Source of the DNA: Cyanophora paradoxa CCMP329
Taxonomy: Eukaryota > Plantae > Glaucophyta
Reading direction: 5' to 3'
Assembly: GCA_004431415.1 (NCBI GenBank)
Contig: QPMI01000643.1
Span: forward strand, 93,496 to 157,495
Length of the DNA: 64,000 bases
In this document: piece by piece, positions 1 to 10,399 of the stretch
Numbering within the stretch: position 1 is the first letter of the stretch
Layout of the letters: the number at the start of each line of letters is the position of its first letter
Translations under genes and position numbers: made by a program
Notes under the pieces: generated by a model
The model's database searches: none
What the model saw: the letters and a program-made list of their open reading frames with translations, nothing else
What the model was told of the DNA's origin: nothing

Positions 1-1624
1 GCCTGCGTCTCCGTCACGAACTGCTTCATCGCTGCGCGGCCCCCGCCGCGGCGCGTCAGACGAGGGGAGGGGAGGGTGGAGGGGGCGGGTGCGGGCACCG
101 AAGAGGTCCTTGGCGGCGCCCTCGCCCTCCACGAAGCAGACGCCGACGTGGCACACCATCTTCGTGTCACTCGCGTCCCCAAGCTTCGCCCCTGCGCCCG
201 CCCCGCCCCGCCCCGCCTCGCCGCCCGCCCCCTGCGCCGGGGCGGGGGGGCGGGGGCGGGGGGCGGCGGACCGCAGATGGGGCACTCGGTGAAGCGGATG
301 AGGGCGCCGTGCTGCGAGGCGCGCCGCAGCTCCAGCAGCTCCTGCACCGAGAGCGTCGCGTCCTGGTTCTTGTCGACCTTCGAGAACTGCGGGGCGGCTC
401 GCGTGCGAGGCGAGGCGGGGCGGGGGCGGGGGCGCGGGGTGCGCGGACCAGCACGTCGAGCTCCTCGTCGGAGAGGTCTACCCCCATCGTCGCGAACATC
501 GCACCCAGCTCCGCGCGGTCCAGCTGAGTACGCGGTCAGCTACGGGGTCCGGCCTGGGGTCCTGTGTCCCGCACCTGCTTGTCCCCGCTCTTGTCGTACA
601 TGCTGACGAGGGTCTCCCAGAAGTACCCCTCCACGCCTGCGTACCCCGGACGTGAGCCAGTACCCCCCGCGCCGAGCGGGGTACGCCGCACCGGCGGCGT
701 CGAGGTACTTGAAGGCCAGGTGGAGCTGGGCGACCGGCTTGTCGCTCGGCTGCGGCTGCCCCGGGGCGTCGGGCCGGCGCCTGGGGTGGAGCGGGGCGGG
801 GCGGGGCGGGCGGGGCTGGGGTACGGCGCACGTTGCGGGAGGCGTACATGGGGACCCAGAGGTCGGCGTGTCCGGGAAGGTCGCCGAGGACACGCTGCAG
901 GGGCAGCAGCACCGTCCCGATGAAGTCGTTCTCTGCCCCGCCGCAGCCGCCGCCGCCCCCCCCCCGTGAGCCCCGCCGCCCGCGCCGGCCCCGCCCGAGG
1001 GGGCCCGCGCGGCGCACCGGAGACAAAGTCCTTGTCGAAGATTGAGAAGACGACCGAGTACTCCCGCTGCTTCTTCAGCACGGGGCTGCCCCGCCCCGCC
1101 AGCCCCGAGTGAGCCCGCGCGCCGGGGCTGGGACCGCTGCCCGGCGCGGCGCGGCCAGGCGCGGGGCGGCGAGGCGCGGCGCGGCGCACAATTTGAAGGA
1201 CTGGTTCCACTCCGGGTTGACGGTGGAGGACTTGGACTTGGTCTTGAAAGTCGCCGTGCCGAAGGCGGCGGTAACGTAGGGGTCGACCTTGCCCACCATA
1301 TCCGACGCCGCAATCTCCTTCGCCCCGATGACTGCGCCCCGCCCGCGTGAGGCCCCGCCCGGTCCGAGCCCCGCGGAGTCGCGCGCAGCGGGGTTCGGGG
1401 GCCGCGGAAAGGCGGCGCTCACTCGTCACTGTCACCAGCCCCTCAAGCGCATCGCCATCTCCGTCCGACGCTGCGGGGACTGACTGGGGCGCCGCGGGCG
1501 CCGCGGGCTTGCCCTGCGCCGGGCTCGGCGCTTGAGCTGTCGAGGCCGGTTTAGCCGGTGCGGCCTGAGCCGCCGAAGGCGCCTGAGGCTTCGCGTCTGC
1601 CTGGCTGCTAGCTCCACAGCCCAT
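1..1624 (-). CDS. PSD2: Multi-exon C2 + EF-hand phosphatidylserine decarboxylase (PSD2/PSD3 type), 5' part; catalytic domain runs off the left edge
   Basis: Spliced exons give MGCGASS (dual acylation motif), C2 domain (IGAKEIAASDMVGKVDPYV...TVNPEWNQSF...FSIFDKDFVS-ENDFIG), EF-hands (MYDKSGDKQLDRAE; VDKNQDATLSVQE), then CPIC...HVGVC...FVTETQA, the segment preceding the catalytic domain in fungal/plant PSD2. Nine GT-AG introns traced. Confidence 0.75.
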
Positions 1625-2067
1625 GGCGGTTTTCTATTTGCGTTTGGGGTACAGCCGAGTTTGGGGCGTGGAATTCCTTCGTTCGCGAATTTGAGCGGTC
1701 GGAGCGGACCAATCGGGCCAGACGACGTCAGCGTCGGATCAGGCGCGTTTGCAGCAGCAAGGCGGGAGAGCATCAGTCTTCGTCCCAGAAGGCAGCAGCG
1801 TGCTTATCTCGAGGGCGAGGGAACCGCGTCCAGCTAGCTGCAGGCGAGTCAACCGCGACGTCTGCTCGGCAGCACGAGGCGGCGTCGTATCTGGAAACCG
1901 CACTTGCTTACAGTCGCGCTGCATCTGAGCCTGCCTGGGCCCAGGGAGCCGTCAAAGCCGGCCGCATGGCCAGCTAGCTATAGATCGCCATCCACGTATC
2001 CGCCTCCGAGCCAGCTGCAGCCCCCACAGGGGCAGCGCCTTCTGCGCATGCCATATTAGCGTTGGGA
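1625..2067. promoter_or_regulatory. Shared bidirectional promoter/5' UTR region between two head-to-head genes
   Basis: About 440 bp of lower GC between divergent ATGs (1624 and 2068); contains CCAAT (~1709) and GACGTCA (~1724). Confidence 0.45.
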
Positions 2068-5000
2068 ATGGTCGTCCTCAACTCGGCGCCGGCGGCGCTG
2101 ACGGTGGATACCCCCGAGCCCGAGCGGGCCCGCAGGAGCAGCGGGGAGCTGGACTCGCCGGACCCCGCCTCGGGCGCCTCCTCGGCTGCGGAGCTGAGCC
2201 CGGCTGCGGCGAGGCTCAACCCGCTGATCACCCGCGTCGCACGCTCCCCCTCCACGGGCCTGAGCGCCCGCTCGACCCCGGCGGCGCCCTCCTCCATCGG
2301 CTCCAACCTCGGCCAGGACGAGAAGGAGAAGGGCGCCGCGAACGGCGGCTCGCCCGCCAATGGCTCCCCGGCCGTGCGCTCCTCGACGCCGAGCGCGCTG
2401 CCGCGCTCGGGGAGCCGCTCCCAGTCGGTGGAGCGGCCGGGCTCGGCCTCCGCCTCCAAGCAGGCCTTCGCCGCGTCGCGCACGGGGAGCCGCCTGCGGT
2501 GCGCGCCCCCGCGCTCCCCCGCCCCCGCGCGCGCCCGACGCGGCCGCGCAGCTCCTCGTCGATCGCCGTCGGGGCGGCGAGCATGCTCCACCACGTCCAG
2601 CAGGCGGAGGCGGCGGCCGCCGCCGCTTCCGCCGCCGGAGGGGAGCGCCCGGGGCGGCCGGCCTCCTTCTCGAGGGTGCGCTCGGGGTCGATCGTGGCGA
2701 TGGGGCGCGACGGCTCGCCCTCGCGCGAGGGCGCCGAGGGGGGCGAGGGGCCCCAGCTCGTCCGCAAGACCATCTCCTCCTCCAGGCGCGCCCCGCCCCG
2801 GGCCCGCCCGTGTGCCTGAGCTCGCCGCGCCTGAGCTCGCTGCGCGGGGCAGCTCGTACATGCTGGGGGCGGCCAAGACCATCGTCACCCTCGAGGGCGT
2901 CGGCGACCCCGCCCTGTCCGCACCCCCTCCACTCCCCCCCCCCTCCGCCCCCCTCCCCCTCACCCCCCCCTCAGGATCACGACGCTCTCGCTGGTCGAGT
3001 CGGGCCTGGCGGCGTGCCCGGCGCTGGAGGGGTACGTGAACCTGACGGAGCTGGACCTCTCGGGCAACCGCATCACCGCCCTCCACCAGTCCCTCTTCAA
3101 GCTCGCCTCCCTCACCAGCTTCAAGGTACCCCAGCCCTCCCCCCGCCCCCTCCCCCCCTCCCCCCCCGGCCCCGGCCCACGCGCCGTGTCGCGCTCTGCC
3201 CCGCCGACTCTCCCCCGCTTCCCGCAGATCAAGAAGAATGAGCTGATAGAGCTGCCGACGAGTGCGCCGGCCCGCCGGCCCCGCACCGCCGCCGCCGCGG
3301 CCGCCCTCGCTGACGCGTATCCCTTGCCGGGGCGCAGCGATCGGGCGGCTGACGGGCCTGCAGCACATCGACGCGAGCGAGAACCGCATCCAGAACCTCC
3401 CCTCCGCCCTCGGCTGGCTCTCCGACCTCGCCGTCCGCCCCCCCCCTCCCCCCTCCCCCCCCGCCCCCCCGCCCCCCCGACGGGGCCGGGGCAGAGCCTG
3501 CGGCTGCGGAACAACAACTTCGGGGCGCTGCCGGCGGAGCTGGCGAAGTGCTCGAAGCTGCGGCTGCTGGAGGCCGGGGGCAACCCGCAGCTGATGGGCC
3601 TCCCCACCTTCGTCCTCCGCAACGCCCTCGCCATGGCCCGCCCCCGCCCCGCCCCGCCCCCTCGGGTCCAGGCGGCGGGCCCTGAGGCGGGGGCGGCAGG
3701 ACTTCCTCGAGGAGACGCTCCCCCTGGAGACGATGGAGGGCTTCCGGGCCTCCCACAGGGCGCTCAACGGGCAGCTGCGCGGCGAGAAGGCGCGCGCCGC
3801 CTCCCTCGAGGAGCGCCTCAAGCAGCAGCAGGCCGAGCAGCGCGAGCTGCACGCCCGCCACGAGCGCCTCCAGGCCGAGTACAACGACCGCCTCGCCGCG
3901 CTGAGGAAGGCCGAGGAGTCGTTCGCGAAGCTGCTGGCGCAGATGCGCCCGCCCGAGTCGAACAACGGGGCGGAGGACGCGCTGCAGGGCGTCGCGTCGC
4001 TCTCCGAGAACATCGCGCGGCTGCAGGGCGCCCTGCAGGCCGAGCGGGAGCGGGGGCGGGACCTCTCGCACCACATCGAGGAGCTCGAGCGGCAGATGAA
4101 GCAGGCGGCGCGCGTGGCGGCGATGCAGGCCGAGGAGGGCGCCCCCGCCCCCGAGGGCACGGTCACCCTCGTCTTCACCGGTGCCCGCGAGCCCGCCCAT
4201 CAGCCGCCTCGCGCGGGCGGCGCGCGCGGGGGGTGACGAGGGGCGGGGGCAGACATCCAGGGGTCGACGGCGCAGTGGGAGGCGAACGCCGACGTGATGG
4301 CCCGCGGCCTCAAGCAGCACAACCAGGCCCGCCCCGCCCCGCCCCGCCCCGTCCGCCTGGCCGCGTGTGCGCCCGCCTCGACCTGATGGGGCGGGGCGGG
4401 TGCAGCTGATGCGGAACTACATCAAGAACATGCGCGGCTTCGAGGTCAAGACGGGTGCGGCGGCCGCGCCCCGCCGGCCCCTCCCCGCCCCCCGGCCTCA
4501 CCTTCCCCCGCAGAGGGGGACGCGTTCATGATCGCGTTCGCGACGACGCTCGAGGCCGTCAAGTTCACCCTCGCCGTCCAGGTGCGCGGCTCGCCCCCCG
4601 GCTTGTCTACCTATCTGTAGACACGCCGGGGCGCGCCGCGCGGGGCCACGGCGGCTTAGCGCTCCCTGCGGGTCAGATGGCGCTGGTGGAGGAGGGGTGG
4701 GAGGAGGCGCTGCTGGCGAACCCCGACAGCGCCATCGTCCGCGACGAGGCCGGCCAGGCCCGCCCCCGCCCCGCCCCGCCCCGTGCCGCCACTTGTCTCT
4801 CTCGGACGCCGCCGACGGGGCGGCCGGGGCGGGGGCAGATGCTGTTCCGGGGGATGCGGGTGCGCATGGGGATCCACACGGGCGAGCCGAGCTGCGAGCG
4901 CGACCCGACGACGAGGCGCATGGACTACTTCGGTGCGCGGGGCCCCGGAGGCGGCGGGGGGGCGGGTCTGAGGGCCGGCGGGTCGGGGCCAGGCCCGATG

Positions 5001-8000
5001 GTGAACCGGGCGGCGCGGGTGGAGGGGATCTGCCACGGCGGGCAGATCACCGTCTCCGGCTCCGCCATGAAGGTGTGCAAGGCCCCGTGCGCCCGCCCCG
5101 CCCCCGCAGCGCCTGAGGGGGCGGGGGCGGCAGCACCTGGAGGGGCACGTGAAGGAGCTGGGCGAGGAGGCCGTCTTCGAGTTCCTGGGGCCAGTCCAGC
5201 TCAAGGCGCGGCCGCCCCCTCACGCCCCACGCCCTCCTCGCTGCCCGCGCGGTCCCTGAAGCTCCTCGGGCGGCAGGGCCTGGACACGCCGGAGGACATC
5301 TACCAGATGCTGCCCAAGCCGCTCGCGAAGCGGGCCTTCCCGCCGATCAAGGGCGCGGCGAGCGTGGCGGACAGCGTCTCCCAGCAGTTCGAGGCCCTCA
5401 AGGAGAAGAACGCCGTCCTCATGTCCAAGCTCCACGACATGGAATCGTGCGCTGCGGCCCCCGCTGGACCGCCTGCGAGGGCGCGCCGTGCGACCGGGCG
5501 GCGCCGCCGCGCAGGTACACGACGGGGATGCGGGGCCAGGCGGACACGCTGGCGAGCACGCTGCGGGCGCTGGGCGCGGGGGCCGGCGGCGAGCGCGGCG
5601 CCGTGGAGATCGTGGAGGCGATGGAGCGCATGGAGGGGCTCTTCTCCCAGATCCACACGAGTGCGCCCCGCCCGGCCCAGAGGACTTTGATGCCGGCGCC
5701 GGCCGAGGCGGGGCGGGGCGGGGCGCAGTCCAGAAGGACATCGAGGAGGACCGGAAGAAGAGCCGGGCGCTGAAGGAGGACCTCTCGGCGACCGAGTCGA
5801 CGGCCTTCCGCGCCCTCCGCGACGAGAACTCCCGCCTCCTCACCGAGCTCTCCACCAGGAACGCCCAGGTCCGCGCGGCCGGCCCCGGCAGGCCCCCGCC
5901 GGGGTCGATTCTGAGCGAGCGTGGGGGCGCCCGGTCGGCAGATCGAGCGGCTGAAGGAGGCGGCGGCGGATGGCCGCAAGCGCGAGGCGGCCGCCGAGGC
6001 AAAGACCTCCGCCGTCAAGCGCGAGCTCCTCAGCATGGCCCGCCGCCCCCGCTCGCCTCTCCCGCCCCGCCTCGCCTCGCCTCGTTTGAAACGGGGCGGG
6101 GCGGGCAGACGATCGACCGGGACAAGTGGAGCGCGGAGGTGGGGACCCTCGTCGACCGCCTCCGCGAGCAGAGCGAGAAGGCGCGTCCGCGTCCCCCGCG
6201 CCGGCTCGTCGGCCCGCCCGCGCTGACGGCGGCGTCGTCCAGGTCTCGGAGCTGGGGCGGCACTTCACGGAGGCCTCCACGACCGCCGCCGGCGCCTCCG
6301 CCGCCCAGCGCAAGCTGGCCCGCCCCGTCCCCCCTGTCTTCCCCGTCCTTTCCTTCGGCCCTCTGACCGCGCGGGGCGCAGGCGGAGGAGGCGGAGGCGG
6401 CGAAGCGGGCGGAGGCGCAGGCGACGAAGCAGCTGGACTACGCGAACAAGCAGCTGCGGGCGGAGACGGCCCGCGCCAACACCCTCCAGTTCCGCCTCGA
6501 CGAGATCACGCGGGCGCGCCCCGCCCCGCCGCCCTCGCGCGCCCCCCCGCCTCCCGGGCTCGAGCTGAGGCCGCGTGGCGGGGGCAGAGCATGGAGCCGG
6601 CGCAGCAGCGGCTGGAGGCGGAGGTGCGGCGCCTCCACGAGGAGCTGCGCGCCCTCAGAGAGGCCCGCGAGGAGGAGACCGCCGCCCTCAAGCAGGCCCG
6701 CCCGCCCCGCCCGCCCTCGAGGCCTCCGACCCGCCTTGTCTGACTGGCGGCGCCCCGGCGTCTACTGCGAGCAGGAGGTGTCGGCGCGGGGCGAGCAGAT
6801 CGTGGAGCAGCGGAAGCAGCTCGCCGACTCGTACGAGTCGAACCGCATGCTCCAGCTCCAGCAGTCCACCGCCGCCACCGTCCGCCCCGCCCGCCCGCCC
6901 GCCCGCCCCGAGACGGCGCCTGAGGCGGCGGGGCGGGGCGGGGCGCAGGAGGCGGCGCTGTGGAAGGAGCGGCACGACCAGCTCTACGCCGAGTACTCCC
7001 GCATCTCCGCCCTCGGCGCCCAGGCCGAGAGCATGCGAGCCAAGGTGCCCCCGCCCGCCGCGTCGCCGAGGGCAGGGCGTGGCGGGCGGGCGCTGAGGGC
7101 GGGGCGGGGGCGCAGCTGCAGAGCGAGCGGGGCCAGCTCACCGACGCGCTCGACCACACCCGCCAGGTGCCCCCCCCCCCCCCCTCTCTCCTTTCTTCCT
7201 CTCCCCTCCGCGTTGAGCCGGGGCGCAGGCGGTGCGGGCGGCGGTGCTGGAGCGGGAGGCGGGGCGGGTCAAGCTCGAGGGCGTCTCCTCCGAGATGCGC
7301 GCCCTCGCCGACCGCCTCCAGGCCCGCCCGCCCGCCCCCGCCCTGCCTCCTCCTCTCCCTTATGCTCTTGCAGGGGGCGATGGACGAGCGGGACAAGTGG
7401 CTGGGGGCGACGGAGCGGGCGCAGGCGGAGCTCGTCGACGCGCACGAGCGGCTGCGGCGCGAGGCCGCCCGCGCCGACGAGGAGCGCGCCCGCGCCGACC
7501 GCCTCCAGACCGACCTCGCCGCCTCCGCCGTCCGCACCCTCCCCCCCCCCCCCCCCCCCCCCCCCCGCCTCGAATCGAAGTGCGCCCTCGGAAGCTCACT
7601 CTCTCTCCTCCACGCCGCAGGCGCTCGCGAACTGGGAGTACGGGAAGACCCCCGCGAAGGCTCGCGCACGCGCCATCCCCTCCCTCTGTGGTTCGATAAC
7701 CGTGCATGCGCAGGAGGCGGTGTCGGCGAAGCTCGCGCTCATCGGGGAGCTGAAGACGGCGCTCATGGCCGCCTTCAAGGCCCCCACCCCGCCCCCCTAC
7801 GTCTCCGCCCCGGGCGCACCCGGTCCGCACCCCATCCCCCCCCTCACCCGGCTCAGCTGAGCGGGGGGGGTATGCAGCGCTCTTCGCGGAGCTGATGACG
7901 ATCCTGGGGCGCTACCTCACCGCCTCGGAGCGCATGGTGCGCCCCGCGGCTCCGGCTCCGGGCGCTTCGAGGGGCTCAGGCGCCCGCAGCACATGGGCAT

Positions 8001-8232
8001 CCCGCGGGTCTTCTACAACGGGCCGGGCTCCGGCGCGGACACCAGCGTCGGCTCCGCAGGCGGCGGCGAGGCCGGCGCGGGAGGGGCGCCCCACGGGCAG
8101 CTCGCCCGCTCGGGCTCTCTCGCCCGCTCTGGGTCGACCGTCGGCGCCGGCGCCGGCGGGGCGGGCCAGCGGCAGGCGTCGCCCCTGCGCAAGTCCTCCT
8201 CCATCATCGCCCGCCGCCCCTCCATCTCTTAG
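2068..8232 (+). CDS. LRR- and coiled-coil-containing class III adenylate cyclase (about 32 exons)
   Basis: Spliced exons give LRRs (LTELDLSGNRI, LQHIDASENRIQNLP, LRLRNNNFGALP), coiled coil, cyclase motifs VTLVFTDIQGST, EVKTEGDAFM, RVRMGIHTGEP, MDYFGPMVNRAARVEG, LKGL (Lys/Asp ATP-specifying residues), and a long C-terminal coiled coil; stop at 8230-8232. Confidence 0.85.
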
Positions 8233-9599
8233 CCCCCGTGCAGGCGCGCCTCTTTGTAGTTAGCGCCTCAATATGTCTTAGCCCCCGTGCCGTGCGCCCC
8301 CTTTGTACATGTCGGCGTTCTTTAGGTAGTCACGCGACGTCGACCCTGAAGCTGCTACTCTTGTCAACTATTGTCGCGTACGTGCGTCGCTGGTAATTAT
8401 TATTCTCTGTGGTCGTAATCAGATGTACAAGTCTAGATCTGAGGGTCCCGCCTGAACTTCGGAAACAAATTGCTCGGATAGGTCCGGACAGGCAGCAAGG
8501 GGGTCCGCGTGCCACATGCACGCGCATGTACATGTGTTTTCTCTGTCCAGTTTTCCATGTACGCGTGCACGTGCGGAGGGTCCGGACGTCGACAGCGAAA
8601 AATATGTTTGATCATGATGGCACATGACGTCGACCAATTACGTATACGTATACTGATCATGACTCAGTCCCGCGCAATGCATGTCTCGTAAGCTTGTTCA
8701 ACGGTTATAATTACCTCCCTGGAAAAGAAATGTCGCAAGAAATGGCGAGGCATCCAGACGTATTAATTATAATTAATTAACAGTGTCTTGCATTAAATCT
8801 GCCTGTAGCTCTGGGCTTATGATCACCCGGTGACCCTGCATGCGCACAACTTGGCAAACTCAAGCGACGCTGACAGTATAAGGCATTCAGTATTAATTAT
8901 CAGTTCGCGATCGATCAGTCATACATACGTATATATACCGGAATGTGATCGTAAAGGGGCACTGTTGAAACACCCCCCCCCCCCCCTATCTCACCGCCCT
9001 CGGCCTCCGGTCCACGCCGTGTGACGTGCACTCCACCGAAATTGACATGATGATGTGTTCGGTCAGTCGACGCCTTGATTTATTCGAATTCAACGATCCG
9101 CAACGTGCACGTGCGAGCTGCGGCAATTGCAAGCGTACACTCCGATTCTACTTCCTCCTCCGATCCGCCCTCCCTTCCCCCCTCGAGCTCCTCGGTCTCT
9201 GCCCCGCTTCAGAGTGTCGGCGAGACTGTCCTCTTTTCCGTTTCCCCATCATTAATATTCCGGCTCCCTGAAGGGCCCCGGCGGCGAATCCCACGAGCGC
9301 CAGGAAGCGAGACAGGACCCGCAGGTGGGGTATCTAATATATTATGGAGGAGGTACTGTAGGTGAAAGGGGTCCGCAGTGTCGTCGCGCCCGTCGTCACC
9401 GCCGCCGTCACCACCACAGGGGCGCAGACCTGCGCCCCCCCTCCCCCCCCCCCCCCCCCCCCCCCCCCCGGACCGCCTCGCTAGCCTTTGTAAAGCGAGT
9501 CCCTGCGGAGCAGGAGTGGCCTTGGGTCTTGGGGTTTCTCAAGGGGTGAGGGTGGCCGCTCTTTGTTTTAAAACGGGGCCCGCAACCGCGCGCGGTTAC

Positions 9600-9850
9600 T
9601 GTTGAGAGGACTACGTATACGCCGCCTAGTAGCTTCTAGCTTGGTCTAGCAAGCGCCAGCGACACGTATACGCGTACGTATACGCCGATAGCTAGGCTTC
9701 GTCGTATAGCAACGCCGGCGCATGCTGGCGCGGCCGCGGCGCCGGCGTCGATATCGATCGATATCGCGACGTCGATCGCGACGTCGGCGCCCGGCGCCGG
9801 CGCTGCGCATGCTAGCTAAAGCGCTGGCGCTCGATCGTTAACGTTGATCG
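9600..9850. repeat. Palindrome-saturated low-complexity tract
   Basis: Nested short palindromes, e.g. CGATATCGATCGATATCG (9749-9766), CGTATACG, GCTAGC, CGCCGGCG. Confidence 0.7.
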
Positions 9851-10399
9851 CGATCGTTTGCGAAGCGACGCGCGGCGATTCCGCCGGCGAAGCGCCTAGT
9901 GACTCCAGCCTTCCAGCCGGGTACAGAGGCTCTTTGCAATTTCCATCGGCGAAGGGGAAGCAAGCTGGAACCAATGACAATCGCGCTTGTCCGTGAATGG
10001 GTGAATTGACTTTTTGTGCCAATGGCGATCGGGCTTGACGCGAACAATTTCGTTCGTACGTCCTGTTAGTGCCCATTAGAGGCCTCTCATTGAAAAACCG
10101 CCTCGGCCATCGTGTTCCCTAGGGTCGAAAATGGGTACCTAGGTCCAAAAATTTTCACCTGAATCGCATTTTGAATCCACGGACAGGACAGGCACAGACC
10201 TAAGGGCCTCTCCTTTCCCCAAGGCCGATTTCAGCTCGCGATCAGGATGCCGTGCCCCGAGGGGTCGACATGGAGAAAGTGATATGTGGCTATGAAATCG
10301 CGATATATGAGAAATTGAGGCAATAGAATCATCGATGCTTCAAATATCAAAGCTCCTGAAACCTCAAGAAAAGCCTCTGTTATAATTATTCGAAGCCTC

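Noticed and set aside
76-8263. Numerous long Arg/Pro/Gly-rich ORFs on both strands
   Set aside because: Shadow ORFs from extreme GC content, reading through introns.
8227-8308. Short direct duplication around the cyclase stop codon
   Set aside because: Two ~30-bp copies; an ordinary local duplication with no evidence of function.
10060-10230. Possible DNA transposon or Helitron-like end (GGACAG repeats)
   Set aside because: No partner end, TSD or transposase found in the window.
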